Positions 1 to 8,328 of a stretch of 13,554 bases of DNA are shown piece by piece; positions within the stretch are counted from its first letter, which is position 1, and each line of letters opens with the position of its first letter. The stretch covers positions 25,143 through 38,696 of the forward strand of contig MTSL01000054.1 of the NCBI GenBank assembly GCA_002794465.1. The letters are read 5' to 3'. The translations under genes and the position numbers were made by a program. The notes below the pieces were generated by a model, which did not search any database, was not told the DNA's origin, and saw nothing but the letters and a program-made list of their open reading frames with translations. This DNA comes from Paramicrosporidium saccamoebae KSL3 (Eukaryota > Fungi > Cryptomycota).

Positions 1-198
1 CGACTTACAAATTGATAATAAAAGAGTTCCCTTGCCTCCCAAATAAATAGTAGTGACAAAGTCCGTAGTATTATCCCCCCTACGCGACATAATCATTTCA
101 TATAATCATTGGTATAATCATTCTATTGTATCATTCTATAACGGTAAAACCTTTGGTTAATCAAATCTTTGGTGCTGAAATGAATGGGAGCTCGAGCA

Positions 199-783
199 TT
201 AATTTACCTCCTCAGATTGATCGACTTTGGTCTCATCGGGGAAAATCCATTCGGTGACATCCTCTGCCAACATTACAAAAGCTTCTTCCATGTCAAGGCC
301 GCTCTTCAATCGACTAACAAGATTCTCAAAGATGAAACGTCGATTTCTAATCATGTATTTTCTAGCATCTTCCTTAAAATGTGGCTTCCCTTCGACGGTA
401 TTCGGAATATATTTCAAGGACCATTCTCTCAATCCTTCTGCGCATTCCTTAACAGTCTTGTTGGCAAGCAATATTTCAAATGTGGTGGTACTATAGTTGA
501 CGAGTATTTCGTTAATATCCTCCAAGATGCCAAGGTCGGTGGATATCTCATTCAGCTCTTCGATTGAATGCTCGAGTGTACGCACATGGTCATGTACATT
601 TTTTTCGTGAGCCAAGTCGGGCGACTGAATAGTTTCTCGAACACGCGAAATAATTTGGGAAATCCGCTTCGCTTCATTGGCAAGATTAATGCGCTGTGCT
701 GAGTCATCATAAGACACTTTGCTAGAGCTAACGGACACGACGCTACAGGCGAGTGCGAAACAGACGACAGTCCAAAGTTGCAT
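199..783 (-). CDS. Uncharacterised secreted protein, 194 aa, helical/coiled-coil
   Basis: ATG at 783, TAA at 199-201. Hydrophobic N-terminus MQLWTVVCFALACSVVSVSS resembles a signal peptide; heptad-like segment (VRTLEHSIEELNEI); N-glycosylation sequons NYS and NKT. No family recognised. Confidence 0.75.
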   Translation of the reverse strand: MQLWTVVCFALACSVVSVSSSKVSYDDSAQRINLANEAKRISQIISRVRETIQSPDLAHEKNVHDHVRTLEHSIEELNEISTDLGILEDINEILVNYSTTTFEILLANKTVKECAEGLREWSLKYIPNTVEGKPHFKEDARKYMIRNRRFIFENLVSRLKSGLDMEEAFVMLAEDVTEWIFPDETKVDQSEEVN

Positions 784-867
784 TGTCCAGGGTAGGCCAT
801 CCTGAACAGCAGCGAATTAATAGGAAGCTCTGCAATAAAAGGCACTGTAAGGACATGTTAGAGTCTC

Positions 868-930
868 TGATCCATATATAATATACCCTCGTAATAGTAA
901 AGACACGTTGGACTTTTTGATCCATATATA
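868..930 (-). promoter_or_regulatory. Duplicated TATA-like element upstream of the secreted gene
   Basis: TGATCCATATATA occurs at 868-880 and 918-930, exactly 50 bp apart. It reads TATATATGGATCA on the minus strand, ~85-145 bp upstream of the ATG at 783. Confidence 0.4.
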
Positions 931-1011
931 TGAGATGACATGCTATGCTATCTATCTCACGACATCACTCGAATTTCTATTTTTATTCAAATACACCATA
1001 AAGCATGTTGC

Positions 1012-1728
1012 TTAATCAAAGAACTTGCGATTTGGAGAGGGTCCAAATAGACGAACGCGCAAATCAGGCAACATCAGCTCGAATGTCTGCTCCAGCCTCG
1101 TTTCCAGAGTATTATCGCATTTCACTTTACCCCCCAGAGAGGTGGCGATTACTCCACCGGCGCAGTCGCCCAGATGCTGAGAGTCCATGGATACGGCGCA
1201 ACGGGTGCCAGTTGCCTTGCTGTACTCTTTCGTAGCATTCATGATGGCCTTTTCTACCAACGCTTCGTCCTGCTGGCGGCACATTACTGTCACCTTGTCG
1301 CTCGCTAGGCGGAACAAACACTGGAGAACAATTTCGTCAAGCAGCTTCTGGTAGGAAGGTCCAGAGGCAGCGTCCTTAAGATGTTTCTTGGTTTCTTCAA
1401 AGACTTCATCCAGAACCTGGTCTCTGGCCTGCAGCACCTGCAGCCTCGCTCTATTAATCTGCACACTCTGCGCACTACACCATTAACCCTCACAGGAAGC
1501 TTACATTCTTCTCTTCACTTCTGCTTGTCTCAACTTGCGTGCGAATTGTGCCTCAATAGTGGCCGTCTCCTGGTGTACCAACTTGGCCTTTTCAATATTA
1601 AACTCTTCGTCAGCTTTGACGTGAATTTCGCGGGATTTTTCGGCAGCCTCTTGCATAATAAAGGCGACCATTTTCTTCATTTCCTTGCTCGCCTCATCGT
1701 CGGACAACGGCTTCATAGTGGTAGACAT
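1012..1728 (-). CDS. VMA4: V-type proton ATPase subunit E, 228 aa; complement(join(1012..1474,1505..1728))
   Basis: N-terminus KEMKKMVAFIMQEAAEKSREIHVKADEEFNIEKAKLV and C-terminus GGVIATS..KVKCDNTLETRL..LPDLRVRLFGPSPNRKFFD are typical of ATP6V1E/Vma4. A 30-nt intron (GTAAGC...TAG, 1504-1475) joins the two ORF-track pieces as KRRIAQSVQINRARLQVL. Confidence 0.97.
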
Positions 1729-1830
1729 GGTGAAAGTGAGAGCAGTATGAGGGGGAGGAAAGCAAACACTGGTATTTGGGGTGGGCTTGAACTTGAACAA
1801 AAGATAACTGGCCGGGCCGGGGTGCTATTC

Positions 1831-3186
1831 ATGCATACAGAGTCATCGGAGGATGAACAAGTTCTCATTAACACTGTCTTTACATTCAAGTAACCATCAT
1901 CAATAATACATAATTACTAGAAAGGGAGCCGGGAAGCCCAGCGCAGCAGCAAAACCAAAGGCGTACAAGCCAAAGCATTCATTTGCCAAGTTGATTTCTG
2001 ACGGCACAGGGCCGCGCTCCGTCCTTGCTGATGATGGCTTCTGGAAGTACACACACGACAGTGACCGCAAATCCGAGCTGGAGGAACCTGACCTGGATTG
2101 TCTTGGCTCAGAAGACCCGGCCTTGGAATGTCCTAAAGACACGGGGGTCCCGTTCCCAACAATGGGGGCAGGATCTGATTGCAAAGATGGTGTCGTAAAG
2201 ATAGCACGGATACTGCTGGGAAACCATCATGTTTCATCTTTTATGGCCGAACAATTACTGGATGATGGTCTTCTCGAGGAACAGTGTGTTGGCAGTGGAA
2301 GAGCCAACCGCTGCGTCAAGTACATGGCTAGTCTGATAGAATGTTCTGCAGATCCCAAGAGGAATAGGGCCGGATTTAACCTATGCATGAAATTGGTCAA
2401 ATCTGCACAAGGACGTGCAACTGATAAATTGTGGAGTGCCTTCAATCTACTGAACATGATTACACGACAAAATTGTAAGCCCCTGCTAACACTCCATTTG
2501 ACAGTCATGCAAGTCTGGTACGCTCTTCCAATTCTAATGACAATGCTAGCTCTAATTGGATTTCCAAAGATTATGTCAAGGACACCTTTTTTTTGCTAGT
2601 CCGTCTGACATTGGATAAGGAGATATCCAGAACATGTTGGATCGAACTGAGCCAAACTTTTGAATACGTCGTGACATGGCTGGACATGGACAGGATCCAT
2701 CTGATTATTGATTGGATCCGTGCAGAACAGGATCAAGTCCTATCAGAACATTGTCACCGGCCCATTCAAGTGGCCAAATTGTTAAATGGAAGTAGTCTGG
2801 GCCAACTTGCGGGGAAAATTATCATTGATTGCTTCCTATGGCAAACCAAGGGGGGTGGTGCTTGCGACGTGTGCGTAGGGGATGATTATGAATTTATAGT
2901 GACTCTCACAAAGCTGTTAGATCAGAACCCGGACACTGCAAGCGCCGACGCTATTAGATCTTTATACTCCACACTATGCTTGGCCTCTGCTAGACTGCAC
3001 CTCACATTCTTTGAAGGCGAATACAAGAGAGAATGCGAAGCGTTATTAGCTTCACTTAGTACGGCACGAAACACTGTCCCAGCTAGCCACTTTCCCATTT
3101 ACATTGCGTGTCGAGACCTATTATCCAAGATGGAAACGTTTCTTAGATCCTACTTGCTACAAGGACGACGAGGAATCACCCGGTAA
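1831..3186 (+). CDS. Uncharacterised protein, ~430 aa; join(1831..1889,1921..2517,2550..3186)
   Basis: Two short introns (1890-1920 GTAACC..CTAG, 31 nt; 2518-2549 GTACGC..CTAAT..CTAG, 32 nt) join MHTESSEDEQ... to ORF-track pieces 1991-2599 and 2593-3186 in frame. Charged low-complexity N-terminus and helical Leu-rich C-terminus. No family recognised. Confidence 0.75.
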
Positions 3187-3273
3187 ACAGTTTGCTACAA
3201 GAATGACGAGGAATCACTCAACCGACCTTGGGTTCTACTTGCCACAAGGAAGACAAAGAATCACTACTCAACC
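3151..3273 (+). repeat. Three imperfect direct repeats spanning the stop codon of the uncharacterised gene
   Basis: TTGCTACAAGGACGACGAGGAATCAC (3154), TTGCTACAAGAATGACGAGGAATCAC (3192), TTGCCACAAGGAAGACAAAGAATCAC (3239). Confidence 0.8.
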
Positions 3274-3302
3274 TGGATGCCATTTGACGCAAAACTGATT
3301 AT

Positions 3303-4499
3303 TCACGTTTCTATTAAAATGTGAAACGAAATGGGTTTCCTCTGGATTACGGCAGATTCTTCTTCAAATTCAATCCAAAAATGACGAATTTCTACAAGTC
3401 CCGCTTTGATGGGCAAGAGCTGTATTGTGAGCCGCGTCGTATTGAGGGCAGTGAGAGTTCCCAGGTGGATTGCAGTGTTACCCAAGGGCACTAGTGGCGA
3501 CTCTTCGAGCCTGTTCACTTCGTAGATTAGCCTCATATTATGTACATCCTTCTCTGTGCCGTTTTTAAAAATAAAGAGCACCTCAAACGGCGCATTTAGT
3601 GTGACTCGATCAGGGATCCCTCGGACTATGGTAGTGATAATCTCTCTCGTCTCCTCTGGATGGCACAGCTGGCCAGTCTGCAGCCGCCCTGCCTCGCCAC
3701 TTTCAGATCTCCACGAGATGTCCAGTCTTCCCAACGGAGCAACAGCTGTCGCCATTGGATAGATTAATACAAAAACGAACTGGTACATCATCTCCAGTCC
3801 CAATGCCATCCCAGTGTATTCTGCATCTCTCCCCAGGCGGGGCGTTGTGGAGGGAGAAATAACCAGCCCATCTGTAAGAAATGCCAGCAGTTCAGAATCC
3901 CCGTCAAGTGCATCTATTGTTGTGGCGTAAAGAGGCTCAAATGGTTCGAAACGAACCGTGTCCAGTATAAAGCCCGTTCCCGAGACATTTTGCACCTGAG
4001 CTTCCAACAGCACCAAACCGCGACACGGCAGTTCCGTCACCTTTGTCTTGAGCGACAATGGATTTACAACGGTGAATTTGAAAAACTTTCTTGCAAATTT
4101 GCGTTCGTTGGTTATTGGATTGGTATAGTGCACCGAACACACTACAATATGCAATCCGACTTCCCGGATGTCGTGGATCGTCTGCACAGGCAATCTCTGG
4201 CCAGCCGGCAGCTCCATATCATGGTCGGCACCAACAAGCACAACTCTCTGACTCGATGTCTGCAGTTCCACCTTGACTCGCACTGAATGCAGTCCCACTC
4301 CTTCATTGGTGACAATCAACTGGCTACTGAATTTTTCGCCGAGGTACACTGTGCCAAAGGGTGCCTCTGCAGGCATCGACGGCGACCCACCGATGCTCAT
4401 CCTCGGGCCACTCGCATTTAACGGTGTCCCATCCGTAGCCAGCCGCACTAAGCGCACCGCCAATTGGTGTCCCTCCATTGTCCGCGACGCCGACTCCAT
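3303..4499 (-). CDS. TRAPPC13: Trafficking protein particle complex subunit 13 (DUF974 family), intronless, ~398 aa (start 4499 or 4478)
   Basis: HQLAVRLVRL (cf. HLLALKVMRL), FGTVYLGEKFSSQLIVTN..VKVELQTSSQR, HDIREVGLHIVVCSVHY, ARKFFKFTVVNPLSLKTKV, LEAQVQN and LGRLDISWRSESGEAGRLQTGQL match TRAPPC13 hallmark motifs. Confidence 0.92.
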   Translation of the reverse strand: MESASRTMEGHQLAVRLVRLATDGTPLNASGPRMSIGGSPSMPAEAPFGTVYLGEKFSSQLIVTNEGVGLHSVRVKVELQTSSQRVVLVGADHDMELPAGQRLPVQTIHDIREVGLHIVVCSVHYTNPITNERKFARKFFKFTVVNPLSLKTKVTELPCRGLVLLEAQVQNVSGTGFILDTVRFEPFEPLYATTIDALDGDSELLAFLTDGLVISPSTTPRLGRDAEYTGMALGLEMMYQFVFVLIYPMATAVAPLGRLDISWRSESGEAGRLQTGQLCHPEETREIITTIVRGIPDRVTLNAPFEVLFIFKNGTEKDVHNMRLIYEVNRLEESPLVPLGNTAIHLGTLTALNTTRLTIQLLPIKAGLVEIRHFWIEFEEESAVIQRKPISFHILIET

Positions 4500-4543
4500 T
4501 AATGCGATTTGCCCCACCTGGCCAATAGAAATCGACCTTTACC

Positions 4544-5267
4544 ATGGTAATTCGCTCCTTTGTGACGACTGATGAGTAGGGTGACAATATTATGGAACTG
4601 AATGGTGGCGCCATTGTGGCAATGGTGGGAAAGAATTGCGTGGCCATTGCATCGGACAAGAGGCTTGGCCAGCAATTCCTGACCCTTTCCACAGAATTCC
4701 CCAAACTGTTCCAGGTAACAGATAGGCTTTACTTTGGACTGGCTGGACTTGCCACCGACGTCCAGACACTGTAAGCAAAGGGTATACAGCAATTAATGTC
4801 CTTTAGTTCCGAGCTGTTCGAGTTTCGCACAAACTTGTACAAGCTGCGCGAGGAACGCGATATCTCACCCAAGGCCTTTGCACATTTGGTCTCCTCCACC
4901 CTCTACGGAAAACGTTTTGGTCCGTACTTTGCAGAGCCGATTTTGGCGGGATTGGGAGGTGCAAAGGGCAATGAGCCGTTCATTTGCTCCATGGATTTAA
5001 TCGGTTGCATCAACTGGGCCAAGGACTTTGTCGTCGCCGGCACCGCTGGTCCTCAGCTCTACGGTATCTGCGAGGCACTCTATGAGCCCAATCTCGAGCC
5101 GGAACAGCTGTTTGAATGTATCTCCCAGTGTCTCCTAAATGCCGTCGATCGGAACGCCCTCAGTGGATGGGGAGCTCTTGTGCATGTCATGTAAGCCCAT
5201 GTCCTATTTGATCTGTAGAACACCGACATCCGTAATTACGCGCACGCTCAAGACCCGTCAAGATTAG
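4544..5267 (+). CDS. PUP3: 20S proteasome subunit beta-3, 208 aa; join(4544..4546,4580..4770,4807..5190,5219..5267)
   Basis: [58 protein letters not shown] and terminal TRTLKTRQD are typical of PSMB3/Pup3. Introns of 33, 36 and 28 nt restore one frame; exon 1 is only the ATG. Confidence 0.97.
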
Positions 5268-5298
5268 GAATTTTAATGCAATAAATGTAGTATTCTCC

Positions 5299-5816
5299 AT
5301 GGCATATGCTCCGCACTCGGTGTACTGGGCGCCCCTACCTCTCATTTCGTACGCCATGTCGTCATCCCCCGCTGATAATCAACAGGTGGATTCTTCCCTT
5401 GGTTGGACACGTGGGGATTACCGACACGGAGGGAAACTTGTACGATTTCGTCGGCAGCTATCGCATCAACGTCAATTCTATGATGTGCGGTCCGCCTGCT
5501 CGAAGGCTTTCATTCCCCTCATATCCGCAGTGGGATTCGGCTGTGCAAAGAGCAAGTGATATCTATGCCGGCCGAGTGCACAATCTCCTGTGGCAGAATT
5601 GCCATTCTCATGTCTGCGAGGCATTGGCGATGGGTACTGGTGAGAGATGGAGCAATTTTAGGCTCTATTATCAAATCCTCCTCCATGGTCAGTCCGTTGG
5701 GTAGAAACCTCTGGGGGTCTGATTACTGTTGTAGGGCATGGGCATTTGTCCGCACTTTTGGTGGCTTCATCGCACTCTGTATTATACTGACATTGGCGTG
5801 GGCGATATGGTTATAA
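5299..5816 (+). CDS. TMEM222: TMEM222/RTE1-like membrane protein (DUF778), 148 aa; join(5299..5348,5386..5700,5735..5816)
   Basis: PHSVYWAPLPLISWILPLVGHVGI, YDFVGSY, WDSAV and HNLLWQNCHSHV, plus a C-terminal TM helix (FGGFIALCIILTLAWAIWL). Introns 5349-5385 (37 nt) and 5701-5734 (34 nt) join the frames. Confidence 0.9.
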
Positions 5817-5839
5817 AATTATAAAGCTCTCTGCTCCCG

Positions 5840-5911
5840 GCCCATTTAGTATAGTGGTAAGTATGTCGCATTGTGGCTGCGCTGACCCAAGTTCGAATCT
5901 TGGAATGGGCA
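5840..5911 (+). tRNA. trnH-GTG: tRNA-His (GTG), intronless
   Basis: Cloverleaf: acceptor GCCCATT/AATGGGC, D-loop AGTGGTAA, anticodon loop TTGTGGC, T-arm CCAAG-TTCGAAT-CTTGG, discriminator A. T-runs follow at 5916-5919 and 5923-5927. Confidence 0.96.
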
Positions 5912-5925
5912 TCTCTTTTGACTTT

Positions 5926-6579
5926 TTAGTTGAGCAACATTTTATTGACAATCCAGCCAACAGACTCGTGGATTCCCTTCCTAGACAGTTAATAACTGAA
6001 CAGAGAGTACCCGTGGAGAGCAGAACAGCTGGCAACTTTGCACTCTCGTGCGCCAATGTCCTCCAAGATGGGATTAAATACTTCCTTTATCCTGGCCACA
6101 AAATCCACATTCTCCTGCAAGTCTTGCTTGTTCACCAGAATCAACACTGGAACACCCGCTAGTCCATCACTCTCGGTCACACCCACAAAGCAGTTACGCA
6201 CTGTCTCGATTCTCTTCCAATCACATCCATCCACGACAAATATAATCCCGTCACTCTCGTCATAGTAATTCTTCCATATGGATTGCAAATTGCCGCCGAG
6301 ATCCCAGAACTTGACTGTAGTGCTCTCAAACGACACAATTGCCACTAAACATGAAATTGAGCACAAATTAGTGCACTATTCATGCCAATTGTGGGAATTG
6401 TTCGCAAGTCTTCAGCTGGAGTGCCCTCTCGTGCTTTAAGTCGTTCCAGCAACGTCTATGATCACAATCACTGACACCAAAGATACAGTCTTGCCTGCTC
6501 CATCTAATCCGAGGATAATTACATTATAGAGTTTGTTCTGCGACCAACGCTCGTATGCTCCAGTAATGAGCGTAAACAT
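5926..6579 (-). CDS. ARFRP1: ADP-ribosylation factor-related protein 1 (Arl3p/ARFRP1), 186 aa; complement(join(5926..5980,6011..6344,6377..6455,6487..6579))
   Basis: MFTLITGAYERW N-terminus (no Gly2, aromatic residue 2, as in Arl3/ARFRP1), G1 GLDGAGKT, PTIGMN, WDLGG, G4 NKQD, IGARECKVASCSALHGKGIHESVGW. Introns of 31, 32 and 30 nt. Confidence 0.93.
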
Positions 6580-6592
6580 CCAACCGGTCTGT

Positions 6593-6619
6593 CCAATAGA
6601 AACTCACCTTTCCTATAAA
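6593..6619 (+). promoter_or_regulatory. CCAAT box + TATA box of RDSRNF peptide gene 1
   Basis: CCAAT 6593-6597; TATAAA 6614-6619, starting 38 nt before ATG 6652. Confidence 0.6.
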
Positions 6620-6651
6620 TAGTCCTTGCAGGTGTCATTGGGCCCTCCAAG

Positions 6652-6810
6652 ATGGCCGACGATATGAAGCAGCCCGTAGGGGTGAACATACAGCCAGCAC
6701 CGACTGCCACCAAAGCAAGCGAAGAGCCAGATCGTGACTCGCGGAACTTTATCACCAAATTCATCTGTCAGGCGTATAAGCCGAAACCTCGTAGGCCGGT
6801 GGGCAACTAA
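6652..6810 (+). CDS. Small hydrophilic protein, 52 aa (RDSRNF family, copy 1)
   Basis: MADDMKQPVGVNIQPAPTATKASEEPDRDSRNFITKFICQAYKPKPRRPVGN*. Below the ORF-track cutoff. Supported by an upstream TATA, a CCAAGATG start context and paralogy to 7129-7314. Confidence 0.72.
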   Translation: MADDMKQPVGVNIQPAPTATKASEEPDRDSRNFITKFICQAYKPKPRRPVGN

Positions 6811-7067
6811 GCGCTACTCTGGGAAAGCCAGGGAAATTAGAGAAATAAAACTGAATCTTTTCTGCATGTCACTGATTAAACAATTATAGAACTGGGGCAG
6901 CAGGCGCTCTAGTAGTCACGCAGAGTTGGCAGGCGAACGTATCGACCCAGCATATAAATATCCAAAGAGAAGGCTGTTGAGGGTGCAGACCTGTTTACGC
7001 TAACTTACCCAGGGATGACTAGATTGTAGTTTCCTTTGGGGTCCCCATTAGTAGGCGATGTGATCAT

Positions 7068-7098
7068 CCAATAATAATAGCCCGCTGCCCCTATAAAA
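7068..7098 (+). promoter_or_regulatory. CCAAT box + TATA box of RDSRNF peptide gene 2
   Basis: CCAAT 7068-7072; TATAAAA 7092-7098, starting 37 nt before ATG 7129. Confidence 0.6.
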
Positions 7099-7128
7099 GG
7101 GCCCGCCGGGAGCATGGGGTCACCCAAG

Positions 7129-7314
7129 ATGACTAACGACAAGAAGCATACCACCCCGGAGACAGAAAATGCGGCTGATGCTAAGCCGGAACAAACTGAG
7201 ACCAAGACAGAGGAAAGGCATAAACCGGAGCAGTACCGTGACTCGCGTAACTTTTCCTCCGAGGTCCATGCCCAGGTGCACAAGCCGAACTTACACAAGC
7301 CGATGAACCATTAG
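7129..7314 (+). CDS. Small hydrophilic protein, 61 aa (RDSRNF family, copy 2)
   Basis: MTNDKKHTTPETENAADAKPEQTETKTEERHKPEQYRDSRNFSSEVHAQVHKPNLHKPMNH*. CGTGACTCGCGTAACTTT matches copy 1 at 17/18 nt. Start 7129 chosen from the CCAAGATG context and TATA spacing; an in-frame ATG at 7114 is an alternative. Confidence 0.78.
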   Translation: MTNDKKHTTPETENAADAKPEQTETKTEERHKPEQYRDSRNFSSEVHAQVHKPNLHKPMNH

Positions 7315-7602
7315 TGCCCCTCTGAGGTTGGATAGATAACCCGAAAGAACTAAGGAAAAATAAATAAATTTAAAGTGTAACGCCTCATTATCTTTTCTAC
7401 GTGCCACCAAGTGATCAGAACTGGAATGACAGCAGCCTTTTTATTATGCAAAGCATGACCATCACACTCTAGATGGGAGCTGCTTTGTGAATTGATGATG
7501 TATGTAATAGTCGGTGTACAGGCCGCGGGCTTTAATAAAAGTCTAATCTAGTCCCACAAAAGGTGCTACTTCCCAGGGCCGCGATTTTCACATGATTTTC
7601 CC

Positions 7603-7867
7603 TTTAATTTGGGACTTTGGGGGCCTAAACGTAGCTGATTGGTCCGCTACGCCACAAAAAGATCATGGGCGATTACAAGGCTACAGCTTTTACCTTATTT
7701 TCACCTTAATTTGGGACTTTGGGGGCTGGAATGCAGCTGATTGGTTCACCATGCCCCAGGGAGATCACAGGCGATATTAAAGCTCCTATCTTCACTTTAG
7801 TTTGGGACTTTGGGGATCCGAATGTAACCGATTGGTCCAACGCGCCACCGGAGGAACGGCTATAAAA
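7603..7867 (+). promoter_or_regulatory. Triplicated promoter module with inverted CCAAT boxes, followed by TATA
   Basis: TTTGGGACTTTGGGG core (GGGAC at 7611, 7713, 7804), each followed 27 nt later by ATTGG (7638, 7740, 7831); TATAAAA at 7861. Confidence 0.8.
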
Positions 7868-7888
7868 TGGGGTCCTAGAAGCCAGAGG

Positions 7889-7923
7889 CAACAGCACAAC
7901 AGCAACAACAACAACAATACAAC
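7889..7923 (+). repeat. (CAA)n-rich tract in the predicted 5' UTR of LEA-A
   Basis: CAACAGCACAACAGCAACAACAACAACAATACAAC directly before ATG 7924. Confidence 0.8.
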
Positions 7924-8328
7924 ATGCTATCTGAAGATCAAACTAGCTACGCAGAGTCGGCCGGCAAGCGCACTGGCGAACTATACGAACAGGCCAAGGG
8001 AAAAGTTGCCCAAGGTGTAGAGGCGACCAAGGGAAAGGCAGTCGAGATCAAGGATGCCGCCATAGAAATGACTAAGGGAGGAGCAGAGAAGGTTAAAGAC
8101 GCCGCACTCGGAGGAGCGGAGAAGGTTAAAGACGTCGCAGTCGCAGCCAAAGATAAAGCAGTCGAGCTCAAGGACTCTGCTGTAGAGAAGACTATGGAAG
8201 GGGCCGAGAAGGTTAAGGACGCAGCAGTCGCAGCCAAGAATCGTGCTGTGGAGGGATGGTCCAAGGGCAAAGGAGAAGAAGAAGGCCGTCAAGAAGTAAA
8301 GAACGATGCCGAAAAGAACTCGTACTAA
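7924..8328 (+). CDS. Group 3 LEA-like protein (LEA-A), 134 aa, intronless
   Basis: A/K/E-rich 11-mer repeats (KVKDAALGGAE, KVKDVAVAAKD, KAVELKDSAVE, KTMEGAEKVKD) resembling the group 3 LEA motif TAQAAKEKAXE. Ends AVEGWSKGK; AATAAA-like signal follows. Confidence 0.88.
   Translation: MLSEDQTSYAESAGKRTGELYEQAKGKVAQGVEATKGKAVEIKDAAIEMTKGGAEKVKDAALGGAEKVKDVAVAAKDKAVELKDSAVEKTMEGAEKVKDAAVAAKNRAVEGWSKGKGEEEGRQEVKNDAEKNSY

Noticed and set aside
88-140. Three to four copies of ATAATCATT
   Set aside because: Short AT-rich 3' flank repeat with no support for function.
184-567. Plus-strand ORFs 184-567 and 227-496
   Set aside because: Antisense shadows of the signal-peptide ORF 199-783.
1381-1893. 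170-aa plus-strand ORF
   Set aside because: Antisense to VMA4. Only its last 20 codons (from ATG 1831) are used, as exon 1 of the next gene.
1900-2508. Minus-strand ORFs 1900-2184 and 2227-2508
   Set aside because: The plus strand gives a coherent spliced 430-aa gene with canonical introns; these ORFs are its shadows.
2550-3186. Possible SLF2/Nse6-like identity of the uncharacterised protein
   Set aside because: Only a vague architectural impression (disordered N-terminus, helical C-terminus); no motif I can verify without HHpred.
5811-6056. 81-aa minus-strand ORF ending PIPRFELGSAQPQCDILTTILN
   Set aside because: This is the reverse complement of tRNA-His plus the ARFRP1 3' end, not a protein.
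1012-6579. Apparent clustering of endomembrane genes (VMA4, TRAPPC13, TMEM222, ARFRP1)
   Set aside because: Mixed orientations, interrupted by PUP3 and a tRNA; likely chance in a compact genome.
7001-7090. ACTTACC suggesting a U1 snRNA 5' end, or an 18-nt minus-strand intron
   Set aside because: No recognisable U1-70K loop (GATCACGAAG) or Sm site, and 18 nt is far below all other introns here. An Rfam cmscan would settle it.
7603-7850. CRISPR-like or mobile-element interpretation of the repeats
   Set aside because: Eukaryotic context; the spacers are homologous to each other; no cas genes, TIRs, TSDs or transposase/RT motifs anywhere in the window.
7592-7897. ORFs 7592-7780 and 7706-7897 with repeated LIWDFGG
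   Set aside because: Translation of the triplicated promoter module; the 91-bp period breaks the frame.
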